A DNA stretch of 64,000 nt from an uncultured archaeon (GTDB lineage Archaea > Aenigmatarchaeota > Aenigmatarchaeia > CG10238-14 > SCSR01): contig CAZEGD010000004.1 in NCBI GenBank assembly GCA_964512235.1, forward strand, positions 33,557 to 97,556, in the 5' to 3' direction. The translations under genes and the position numbers were made by a program. Position 1 is the first letter of the stretch; every line of letters starts with the position of its first letter. Positions 57,049 to 64,000 of this stretch are shown one piece after another. The notes beneath the pieces are model-generated. The model was not told where the DNA came from. It searched no databases and saw only the letters and a list, made by a program, of their open reading frames with translations.

Positions 57049-57157
57049 TTTAATATTCACCTTATTTCTAATTATGTGAACGGGTATATAAATAAATTTT
57101 AATACCCTTTCTGCGATTAGCATAAAACTGAATATTAGTTAAAACATATGATTTATT

Positions 57158-57556
57158 ATGGCTAAATCAAGCAGGGTACATAAAGTAATTTTAGACACAA
57201 ACTTTCTGGTCGACATTGTGAGATTTAAAGTGGATTTAGGCTCTATAGGGGAATTATTACCTAGTAGGTATAAACTTCTTATACCTGAAGCTGTAGAGAA
57301 GGAGCTAAAGAAAATGAAAAGTAAAAATGCAAAAGCAGCGATTAAGCTAGCCAAGCTACGGGATCTGAAAATTATCAAGAACCATGCAAGCGTCAGGGGA
57401 GCTGACAACATGATCGTATCCCTTGCTGAAAGTATGCAAGACAAAAAAAGCAAAATTGCAGTCGCAACCAATGATGCGGAGCTTAGGAAAAGGTTAAAAG
57501 CCTTGGGAGTAAAAACAATTTATTTAAGGGCGAGAAAACATTTAGAAATAGGTTGA
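57158..57556 (+). CDS. PIN-domain nuclease (Fcf1/Utp24-like, COG1412-type)
   Basis: VILDTNFLV..., VATNDAELRKRLKALGV. 132 aa. Confidence 0.7.
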   Translation: MAKSSRVHKVILDTNFLVDIVRFKVDLGSIGELLPSRYKLLIPEAVEKELKKMKSKNAKAAIKLAKLRDLKIIKNHASVRGADNMIVSLAESMQDKKSKIAVATNDAELRKRLKALGVKTIYLRARKHLEIG

Positions 57557-57571
57557 GTCGGAGGTATGGGA

Positions 57572-58099
57572 ATGAATTTACTGCATGATATAAGCTTTGG
57601 AAAACCAGATGAGATTAACGTAGTTGTGGAGAATTGCAGAGGTTCGTCCAACAAAATAGAGTACGATAAGGACGAGGGAGCGTTTAAGCTTGACAGAGTG
57701 TTCCACTCCGCCGTCTTTTGGCCATTTGATTACGGGTTCGTACCGCAGACATGGCACGGTGATGATGATCCATTGGATGTTGCATTGCTTACGACTTATC
57801 AGACTTTTCCAGGCTGTGTAGTTGTAGCCAGACCAGTAGCTCTGCTTATGATGGAGGATGAAAAAGGAGTGGACGATAAAGTCATAGCGGTGCCCGTGGA
57901 TGACCCTAGATTCGCAAATATGAAAGATGTAAACGATATACCAGAACATATGAAAAAAGAGATAAAAGAATTCTTCGAGACCTATAAAAGGTTAGAACCG
58001 AAAAAATGGGTAAAGGTGAAAAACTGGGAGACTGCACAGAAGGCAAAGGATTCAATAAAAGAAGCGGTTGAAAATTACAAAAAGAAGTTCAAAAAATAG
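57572..58099 (+). CDS. ppa: Inorganic pyrophosphatase (family I)
   Basis: NVVVENCRGSSNKIEYD, PFDYGFVPQT, DDPLDV. GGAGGT lies 7 nt before ATG 57572; ATG 57566 is also in frame. Confidence 0.9.
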   Translation: MNLLHDISFGKPDEINVVVENCRGSSNKIEYDKDEGAFKLDRVFHSAVFWPFDYGFVPQTWHGDDDPLDVALLTTYQTFPGCVVVARPVALLMMEDEKGVDDKVIAVPVDDPRFANMKDVNDIPEHMKKEIKEFFETYKRLEPKKWVKVKNWETAQKAKDSIKEAVENYKKKFKK

Positions 58100-58114
58100 T
58101 AAAGGTGTGTTTTT

Positions 58115-58699
58115 ATGTATAGAATAGTCACAGTGAGAGAGCGCATACGTGTGCCGCCCGAGAAACTGAATATGAAGGTTGAAGATGCTGTCAAAGCAGC
58201 GATAGCTGATCAGTTCGAAGGCGTGTTAAATCCACGCATAGGTATGATAGTCTCTGTGGGAGGAGTAGACAAGGTGGAAGAGGGAAAAATACTTCCGAAT
58301 GATCCTGGCGTATATTATAACACTGTATTCAAGCTGCTGACATTCAAGCCTGAACTCCAAGGACTTGTGAATGGCGAAGTCATAGACAATACGGAGTTTG
58401 GCTCTTTCGTACGCATAGGACCTTTGGACGGTCTCATACATATATCACAACTAATGGATGATTTTGTGAGCTTTGACAACAAGAACTCTCTGTTCTTGGG
58501 CAGGGAGAGCAAGCGTACGCTGAAAGAAGGCGATCTAGTACGGGCTCGAATAATATCTGCTAGCTTTGGCAAAGACAACAAGATCGGATTGACTATGCGA
58601 CAGAGCGGCCTAGGCAACATAGCATGGATAGAGGAAGATAAGAAAAAGAAAGGAATGAAAAAAGAAAAGAAAAAGACTAAGGAGAAGAAAAAGAAGTGA
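58115..58699 (+). CDS. rpo7: RNA polymerase subunit Rpo7 (E')
   Basis: MYRIVTVRERIRVPPEKL.., with an S1 domain GEVIDNTEFGSFVRIGPLDGLIHISQ. Confidence 0.9.
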   Translation: MYRIVTVRERIRVPPEKLNMKVEDAVKAAIADQFEGVLNPRIGMIVSVGGVDKVEEGKILPNDPGVYYNTVFKLLTFKPELQGLVNGEVIDNTEFGSFVRIGPLDGLIHISQLMDDFVSFDNKNSLFLGRESKRTLKEGDLVRARIISASFGKDNKIGLTMRQSGLGNIAWIEEDKKKKGMKKEKKKTKEKKKK

Positions 58700-58704
58700 T
58701 AAAA

Positions 58705-58893
58705 ATGGGAAGGAGAACTCAGGCATGCCGCAACTGTAGAAAATTTACGACTGAGAAACAGTGCCCATCATGCAAATCCACGAACCTTTCAACGAGCTGG
58801 AAAGGTATGGTAATTATTATAGATCCGGAGAGTGAGATAGCAAAGATACTCAAAATAGAAGAACCCGGTAAATATGCACTCTATGTGGGATGA
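58705..58893 (+). CDS. spt4: Transcription elongation factor Spt4 (RpoE'')
   Basis: ACRNCRKF..CPSCKS zinc ribbon followed by WKGMVIIIDPE. Start at ATG 58705, or at GTG 58696 overlapping the rpo7 stop. Confidence 0.85.
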   Translation: MGRRTQACRNCRKFTTEKQCPSCKSTNLSTSWKGMVIIIDPESEIAKILKIEEPGKYALYVG

Positions 58894-58923
58894 TTTTAGT
58901 AAATTTTGATTTGAAGTGGTTGT

Positions 58924-59214
58924 ATGCAGTTCGATATTGTAGAAGAGAAAAAAAATGTGTTTTTCCATAGGAAGGATTTGACGATAAAAATCAAGCATAC
59001 AGGTGCATCAACCCCCTCGAAAGCAGAACTAGTGAAAGAGCTTGCAAAGAAGTACAAAGTCGATGACTCGCAAGTCGTAGTAGATTACATCTTCACTATG
59101 CACGGTCTCAACGAATCCACGGCAAAAGTTAAGATTTTAGACGAAAAACCAAAAGTTGAAGAAAAGAAAGAGGAAAGTGAAAAAATTGAAACACAAGCCA
59201 GTGAAAGTAAGTAA
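58924..59214 (+). CDS. rps24e: Ribosomal protein S24e
   Basis: [37 protein letters not shown].. Confidence 0.9.
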   Translation: MQFDIVEEKKNVFFHRKDLTIKIKHTGASTPSKAELVKELAKKYKVDDSQVVVDYIFTMHGLNESTAKVKILDEKPKVEEKKEESEKIETQASESK

Positions 59215-59386
59215 TCTTTTCAAAGTTTCTGAAGGCAAAGTAGAGAGGACTAGGAAGCTTTGTCCGAGATGTGGAGAGGGCACATTTATGGCAAAGCACA
59301 AAAGCAGATACTATTGCGGCCGTTGTCACTACACAGAGTTTCTAACTAAAGAAGAAAAGGCTCCACAACAGTCAAAATCCAGCTAG
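59201..59386 (+). CDS. rps27ae: Ribosomal protein S27ae
   Basis: [35 protein letters not shown] zinc ribbon. GTG 59201 is chosen; the track start TTG 59156 would add a 15-aa basic leader. Confidence 0.8.
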   Translation: MKVSNLFKVSEGKVERTRKLCPRCGEGTFMAKHKSRYYCGRCHYTEFLTKEEKAPQQSKSS

Positions 59387-60045
59387 AACAACTTTAAGGC
59401 TTCCATAAATCTATTCATTTCCGGTCCAGTCGTACTCTCTCCAACAGCTACGGCCGAGCTATTTGCTATAGCACACGAGCCAACAAAAGGCGAGCCAAAG
59501 TTCGCAGTCCCTATTCCAACTTTCACATCCAAAGCATTTTCTACAGCTTTGAGTTCCTCATCTTTAGCATCCCTATGCAACAGGCAGCCGTTATTTGTTG
59601 CAAGACCACAAGATCCTACTGTGCTCATGCCTGCTATGGTTGTACATATGGCGTCTACACCCAAACAACGCTCTATCTCATCTTTGTATTTTTCAAGCGG
59701 CTTTCCTATTACTGCACCTTTGTCATTGCATAGCACCAAGTTGCCCACTGCTGTAAATTTCGATTCAAGCACCAAGACATCCAGACCGAGCAATCTTAAA
59801 CTGTCGACTTCTTCCTTTCTTGCAATCGACGGTATGACTATGCCATTCGAATTAATGCAGCAAAACATTCCAACCAAATCAGTACGAACTATAGTGGTTT
59901 TGACAACTTTAACATCAAGTGTATCCTCTACCCTTTTCATATCTTTTTCAGAAATCACATTACCAAGAATGCATAGCTTTTCTGACGACCGTCCAAACAA
60001 TCCTATGTTATGGTCACCGTAGAAATTAAGTTGAATTATGCGCAT
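59383..60045 (-). CDS. eif6: Translation initiation factor aIF6
   Basis: 220 aa with the pentein repeat pattern: NIGLFG.., [31 protein letters not shown]. Confidence 0.9.
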   Translation of the reverse strand: MRIIQLNFYGDHNIGLFGRSSEKLCILGNVISEKDMKRVEDTLDVKVVKTTIVRTDLVGMFCCINSNGIVIPSIARKEEVDSLRLLGLDVLVLESKFTAVGNLVLCNDKGAVIGKPLEKYKDEIERCLGVDAICTTIAGMSTVGSCGLATNNGCLLHRDAKDEELKAVENALDVKVGIGTANFGSPFVGSCAIANSSAVAVGESTTGPEMNRFMEALKLF

Positions 60046-60064
60046 CGCATTACCTTCTACTCAT

Positions 60065-60376
60065 TTATTCCATCAATTCTGCCCTAATAATGTCACCTTC
60101 TTTAATTACTTTGACACGCAGTTTTGTAGCCGGTTTTTGTATACCTCTAGACCACAACTTTTCATTCAATCCTTTGCCGATTACTATCTTATCTGCTCGA
60201 GTTTTTTTCTCTAAAAGTCTACGTAGAATGTTTGCAGCGTCTTTAGTCCTTCTCCAATGAGGCTTTCTCGTCAGAATCTCTCTCAGATTTATGGTTATGA
60301 CTCTTTCTTCACCAGTTGCAGCCTTGGTCTTTGCTTCTTTTTTCTCTGCGGCCTTCTTTGTTTTTTCATCTGCCAT
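60065..60376 (-). CDS. rpl31e: Ribosomal protein L31e
   Basis: ERVITINLREILTRKPHWRRTKDAANILRRLL...LNEKLWSRGIQKP. Confidence 0.9.
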   Translation of the reverse strand: MADEKTKKAAEKKEAKTKAATGEERVITINLREILTRKPHWRRTKDAANILRRLLEKKTRADKIVIGKGLNEKLWSRGIQKPATKLRVKVIKEGDIIRAELME

Positions 60377-60398
60377 ATGTTTTAATTATGAGAAAACT

Positions 60399-60435
60399 AC
60401 TTAAATATAGTAGCACAAACTTTATAAAGATAGCT
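60399..60435 (+). promoter_or_regulatory. Conserved pilin-gene upstream block, copy 1 (TTAAATA box ... CTTTATAAAG)
   Basis: ACTTAAATATAGTAGCACAAACTTTATAAAGATAGCT directly precedes the ATG. Near-identical blocks lie at 61030-61066 and 61648-61684. Confidence 0.5.
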
Positions 60436-60909
60436 ATGATTGGAAAGAAAGGTATCAGTCCAATGATTGCAATCGTCCTGCTGATTGCTTTTACAGTGGC
60501 GGTGGGTGGCATTCTCAGCTTATGGCTGACTACTCTAACATCAACTCAGACTACTACTACGGGATCGGCAGCTGAGAAGCAGATACTATGTGCACGCAGC
60601 GTGTTGACAATAGATGAAGTGCGTTATAATGATGCAGGAGATGCAGCAAATATCACATACAGATATACATATGGAACAGAAGCTTTGTCGGATCTTAACT
60701 TCTTCTTCATAGATGAAAGCAGAAACACATACAATAGGTCATTTGCAACACTTATGACAATGGGTCCGGGGGACTCTAATACAACATCAATAGTCCTAAC
60801 AGGAATGTCAGGAAGTCTGCAGGAAGTTAGACTAGTGGCAAAATGTCAAAGCACATACCCAGTATCATCGACCTGCAAATCAGGGCAAGGTTGTATGAAT
60901 AAAGTGTAG
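60436..60909 (+). CDS. Archaeal type-IV-pilin-like protein, tandem paralog 1 (157 aa)
   Basis: MIGKKG|ISPMIAIVLLIAFTVAVGGILSLW, a Thr-rich stretch, Cys in ILCARS, and a C-terminal CQSTYPVSSTCKSGQGCM. The track ORF starts upstream at an alternative codon. Confidence 0.8.
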   Translation: MIGKKGISPMIAIVLLIAFTVAVGGILSLWLTTLTSTQTTTTGSAAEKQILCARSVLTIDEVRYNDAGDAANITYRYTYGTEALSDLNFFFIDESRNTYNRSFATLMTMGPGDSNTTSIVLTGMSGSLQEVRLVAKCQSTYPVSSTCKSGQGCMNKV

Positions 60910-60963
60910 ATTAAGGAAGTCTGAAACGTTAAAAAATGGATGTAGACTTTCTCTTTTCCCACA

Positions 60964-60972
60964 TTTTTTTTT
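60964..60972 (+). terminator. T9 tract about 55 nt after the paralog 1 stop
   Basis: Sequence ccacaTTTTTTTTTgc. Oligo-T terminator logic. Confidence 0.4.
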
Positions 60973-61029
60973 GCTAAATACAGCTCATTATTTAATTAAA
61001 TATTTATTTTCTTCTTTTCTAAAAAAGTT

Positions 61030-61066
61030 ATTTAAATACAATAGCACAAACTTTATAAAGATAGCT
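61030..61066 (+). promoter_or_regulatory. Conserved pilin-gene upstream block, copy 2
   Basis: ATTTAAATACAATAGCACAAACTTTATAAAGATAGCT directly precedes the ATG. Confidence 0.5.
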
Positions 61067-61609
61067 ATGATTGGAAAGAAAGGTATCAGTCCAATGATTG
61101 CAATCGTCCTGCTGATTGCTTTTACAGTGGCGGTGGGTGGCATTCTCAGCTTATGGCTGACTACTCTAACATCAACTCAGACTACTACTACGGGATCGGC
61201 AGCTGAGAAGCAGATACTATGTGCACGCAGCGTCCTATCAATTGAGGAAGTGACTCATTCTGTAATAGGTAGTGATAATCTTGTCAACGTTACAGTTGTA
61301 TACAAATATGGAGATGAGAATCTCTACAATTTCACTTTGACTTTTATAGATAACGCTAGAAATTCCTTTACGTTAAATCAAACCAGACTATCCGAAATAG
61401 TCGTTCAATATAACAATAGTGCAGGAGAGCAATTCAGCCCTGGGATGATGACAGTATGGAGCTTAAACCTAACAGATGCACAGTCAGGTGAGACTGGGGC
61501 AGATAGTCTAACAGGTACTTCATTACAGTCAGTAAGAGTTCGGGCACTCTGCCAAACTAATTATCCAGTATCAGGCGAGTGCAAATCAGGCCAATCTTGT
61601 ATGGCTTAA
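61067..61609 (+). CDS. Archaeal type-IV-pilin-like protein, tandem paralog 2 (180 aa)
   Basis: The first 55 aa are identical to paralog 1, the core is divergent, and the C-terminus is CQTNYPVSGECKSGQSCMA. Confidence 0.8.
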   Translation: MIGKKGISPMIAIVLLIAFTVAVGGILSLWLTTLTSTQTTTTGSAAEKQILCARSVLSIEEVTHSVIGSDNLVNVTVVYKYGDENLYNFTLTFIDNARNSFTLNQTRLSEIVVQYNNSAGEQFSPGMMTVWSLNLTDAQSGETGADSLTGTSLQSVRVRALCQTNYPVSGECKSGQSCMA

Positions 61610-61647
61610 AAAAAATTATATCGTCTTTTCTCTCTTTTGAGTAAAAT

Positions 61648-61684
61648 ACTTAAATACAATAGCACAAACTTTATAAAGATAGCT
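61648..61684 (+). promoter_or_regulatory. Conserved pilin-gene upstream block, copy 3
   Basis: ACTTAAATACAATAGCACAAACTTTATAAAGATAGCT directly precedes the ATG. Confidence 0.5.
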
Positions 61685-62170
61685 ATGATTGGAAGGAAAG
61701 GTATCAGTCCAATGATTGCAATCGTCCTGCTGATTGCTTTTACAGTAGCAGTTGGTGGTATTCTCAGCATATGGCTGACTACTCTAACATCAACTCAGAC
61801 TACTACTACGGGCTCAGCTGCTGAGAAACAGGTGCTGTGTGCACGCAGCGTTTTAGAGATCACAGAAGTATATTATGAAGGTCCACGAAATGCAAATGTC
61901 ACTGTTTCATACACATATGGTACAGAAAGCCTTAGCAACTTCAATTTCTTCTTTGTGGATGATGCAAGAAACTCTGAGAACAAAACTGTAGCTCCTTCTT
62001 CTGGTACGACGCTAACTCCAGGAGATTCAGATACATTTGCTATTACAGATTTGAGTACTTTGAGCTCTTCAGGATCATTACAATCCGTAAGGGTAATTGC
62101 AACATGCCAAGATACTTATCCAGTATCAGGCGAGTGCAAATCTGGACAGTCTTGCATGAATAAATACTAG
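61685..62170 (+). CDS. Archaeal type-IV-pilin-like protein, tandem paralog 3 (161 aa)
   Basis: MIGRKG|ISPMIAIVLLIAFTVAVGGILSIW..., with C-terminal CQDTYPVSGECKSGQSCMNKY. Confidence 0.8.
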   Translation: MIGRKGISPMIAIVLLIAFTVAVGGILSIWLTTLTSTQTTTTGSAAEKQVLCARSVLEITEVYYEGPRNANVTVSYTYGTESLSNFNFFFVDDARNSENKTVAPSSGTTLTPGDSDTFAITDLSTLSSSGSLQSVRVIATCQDTYPVSGECKSGQSCMNKY

Positions 62171-62217
62171 CAGCAACCTGTAAAGCAGTTGAAAGAACTT
62201 TTCTACGTTTTTCTCTA

Positions 62218-62226
62218 TTTTTTTTT
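62218..62226 (+). terminator. T9 tract about 50 nt after the paralog 3 stop
   Basis: Sequence ctctaTTTTTTTTTca. Oligo-T terminator logic. Confidence 0.4.
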
Positions 62227-62264
62227 CAAAATACTTAAGCCATGGTAAGAGAAACTCTATTAAG

Positions 62265-62804
62265 ATGGTAATGATTAAAATCGGTGAAAATGGCATCAGC
62301 CCAATGATCGCAACTGTCCTGCTGATTGCTTTCACAGTAGCTGTTGCTGGCATAGTCGGCTTATGGATTACAACTCTAACCAGCACACAAACAGAGACTA
62401 CGGGCTCAGCTGCTGAGAAACAGGTGCTGTGTGCACGCAGTATAATCACCATAGATGAAGTGACTTCAAAATTCAACACAACATCGGGTGGCGATTCATT
62501 TAACGTCACTGTTGTATATTCCTATGGTACAGAAGATTTGTATTATTTCAATATCACGCTTATAGATAACATTAGAAATTCCTTTACAGCAACACCTGTC
62601 AATGTGACAAACTTCAACAAAACGAATCCGTTCAGACCAGGCGATTCAAATGTCTTTAATATTAACATAGACGATAGGAACACTGTTGAAAAGACAGGTG
62701 ACTTACTAGGCACTTCCCTGTATTTAGTGAGAGTAATTGCAAAGTGCCAAACTAATTATCCAGTATCAGGCGAGTGCAAATCAGGCCAGGGATGCATGGA
62801 ATAG
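62265..62804 (+). CDS. Archaeal type-IV-pilin-like protein, tandem paralog 4 (about 179 aa)
   Basis: MVMIKIGENG|ISPMIATVLLIAFTVAVAGIVGLW..., with C-terminal CQTNYPVSGECKSGQGCME. Its upstream block differs from those of copies 1-3. Confidence 0.75.
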   Translation: MVMIKIGENGISPMIATVLLIAFTVAVAGIVGLWITTLTSTQTETTGSAAEKQVLCARSIITIDEVTSKFNTTSGGDSFNVTVVYSYGTEDLYYFNITLIDNIRNSFTATPVNVTNFNKTNPFRPGDSNVFNINIDDRNTVEKTGDLLGTSLYLVRVIAKCQTNYPVSGECKSGQGCME

Positions 62805-62830
62805 GATAAAGCAAGAAATCTTAGAAATAT

Positions 62831-63001
62831 TCAAACCTTTACCGTTGACCTTCTCCATCTCTTTTTTGTCACATTTATCCTTCTAGTTCTAGCCCGCTTT
62901 AGGCCGAACTTCTTTATGTCAGCCCATCTGGGCGCGAGGCGGACTTTCTTTATTTTTGCAAGCTTTATCTTTTTGCTTATAGTCTTCTTACCCATATTCA
63001 T
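62831..63001 (-). CDS. rpl39e: Ribosomal protein L39e
   Basis: Own translation: MNMGKKTISKKIKLAKIKKVRLAPRWADIKKFGLKRARTRRINVTKKRWRRSTVKV. Below the ORF-track cutoff. Starts right after the rrp42 stop. Confidence 0.8.
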   Translation of the reverse strand: MNMGKKTISKKIKLAKIKKVRLAPRWADIKKFGLKRARTRRINVTKKRWRRSTVKV

Positions 63002-63763
63002 CTAAACCTTTATCAATTTTCTCATTTCTTTACTCTTCTTCAATGCCATATCTATAATTGTCTCCACTTCTTTAATCGTTAGCCCACTTGAACCTTGCTT
63101 CTGTATAGCACATATTTTTCCATCATCGCGCACACCAATGCTAATCTTTGTGTCAACAACTTCTTCCTCTTGCATATTAGGGTCTAGCAGGAATTTATCG
63201 CCGATTTTACAAACAGTTATTGTTACTGGTTTCTGCGAGAGTGGCAAAGGGCCTTGAAATTCAGTAAGCACGATTTTATCGTCTTCGATTTTAGGCAGCT
63301 TAGTTGTCAACAGTGCGACTACAGAGGCAAGAGCTGCACAGTCTACCAAGTTGCCATCATTATTGATTATATGTATGTCCACTGAGACTCCCCAAACTTT
63401 CTCCTTTGGTGTTATGCAAAGTTTCTTCAAATCTATCATTTCCGATTCGCGTATGCCCCTATCTACGATACGTGCAAGCTCTACTGCGTCTTCGCCAGGC
63501 GGACCGGACTCGAAGTCAGGTGAAGCCAACGGCGTGAACTCTGCCGATACCATAAGCATACCTTCCTCAGGAGTGTCTGAGAATGGTGTGGAAGTCACCA
63601 TCTTCACACCCACAATGATTTTTGTATTCCCAAATCTTACAAGTGCAGATCCTTCAGCTTTATTAATAAAATTCGGCACAATCTCAATTTCCCTAAATTC
63701 TTCGAACTTCCTACCGTCTACTCTTCTTCCCTTTTCAATTAGCTCTAGAGCATAACTCCTCAT
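63002..63763 (-). CDS. rrp42: Exosome subunit Rrp42 (RNase PH-like, inactive)
   Basis: GRRVDGRKFEEFREIEI, AEGSALVRFGNTKIIVGVK, ESGPPGEDAVELARIVDR. Confidence 0.85.
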   Translation of the reverse strand: MRSYALELIEKGRRVDGRKFEEFREIEIVPNFINKAEGSALVRFGNTKIIVGVKMVTSTPFSDTPEEGMLMVSAEFTPLASPDFESGPPGEDAVELARIVDRGIRESEMIDLKKLCITPKEKVWGVSVDIHIINNDGNLVDCAALASVVALLTTKLPKIEDDKIVLTEFQGPLPLSQKPVTITVCKIGDKFLLDPNMQEEEVVDTKISIGVRDDGKICAIQKQGSSGLTIKEVETIIDMALKKSKEMRKLIKV

Positions 63764-64000
63764 TTTTTCTCACTTCCGCTTTCGTATTTTTTCAACAGCA
63801 CTTCCCTCTGCATATCATATATCTTCTTGCAATTTTCCTTTGCAAACTCTATGAGTTTCATAAATTCATCCTTTGTCAGTCTACCATCCATCTGCAAAAG
63901 TGTAATCAACCCTTTGTTTGGCATCATTGCAAACGATACGTCTGCATCAGAATTGTTATCCTCTATGCCGTTAAGGTCAAGCACAAGTTCGCCATCCACT
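63760..64000 (-). CDS. rrp41: Exosome subunit Rrp41, C-terminal part; the gene continues past the right edge
   Basis: ..DGELVLDLNGIEDNNSDADVSFAMMPNKGLITLLQMDGRLTKDEF.. matches the Rrp41 C-terminus. 4-nt overlap with rrp42. Confidence 0.75.
   Translation of the reverse strand, partial: VDGELVLDLNGIEDNNSDADVSFAMMPNKGLITLLQMDGRLTKDEFMKLIEFAKENCKKIYDMQREVLLKKYESGSEKK

Noticed and set aside
60399-62804. The periodic repeats at about 620-nt spacing could be mistaken for a CRISPR-like or satellite array.
   Set aside because: The repeated units are the 5' and 3' ends of protein-coding pilin genes, with intact reading frames, start codons and promoters. The period and repeat length do not fit CRISPR.

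Overview
This is a gene-dense archaeal chromosomal segment, about 40% GC by eye, with many 1-8 nt gene overlaps. It looks like a small-genome, DPANN-like archaeon; that lineage call is inference only.

Most of the window is informational housekeeping:
- Seven aminoacyl-tRNA synthetase genes: ileS, hisS, proS, class-I lysK, pheS, pheT and trpS.
- Translation factors aIF5B, aIF2-gamma and aIF6.
- Ribosomal proteins S6e, S24e, S27ae, L31e and L39e.
- Rpo7 and Spt4.
- Exosome subunits Rrp41 and Rrp42.
- aCPSF1, proteasome beta subunit and thermosome.
- Orc1/Cdc6, MinD and Mre11-Rad50.
- Three tRNA genes, two of them with insertions.

Accessory content:
1. A roughly 6.7-kb type-IV-pilus-like locus at 31.1-37.7 kb. 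It has a secretion ATPase, two separate T2SS-F platform genes and four proteins with class-III-like signal peptides.
2. A 1227-aa, heavily sequon-studded, membrane-anchored surface protein.
3. An AT-rich island at 40.8-43.7 kb. It carries an IS6-family transposase with an N-terminal SWIM finger and a small RHH gene, and it is flanked by IS6-type inverted-repeat-like sequences.
4. Four tandem pilin paralogs at 60.4-62.8 kb with conserved ends and divergent cores. They sit between rpl31e and rpl39e, and copies 1 and 2 share a 192-nt perfectly identical tract.

I saw no rRNA, no CRISPR array, no cas genes and no recognisable defence system. The ORF track uses alternative start codons, so several starts were moved to the nearest plausible ATG or GTG. 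All family assignments rest on my reading of motifs, not on database searches.
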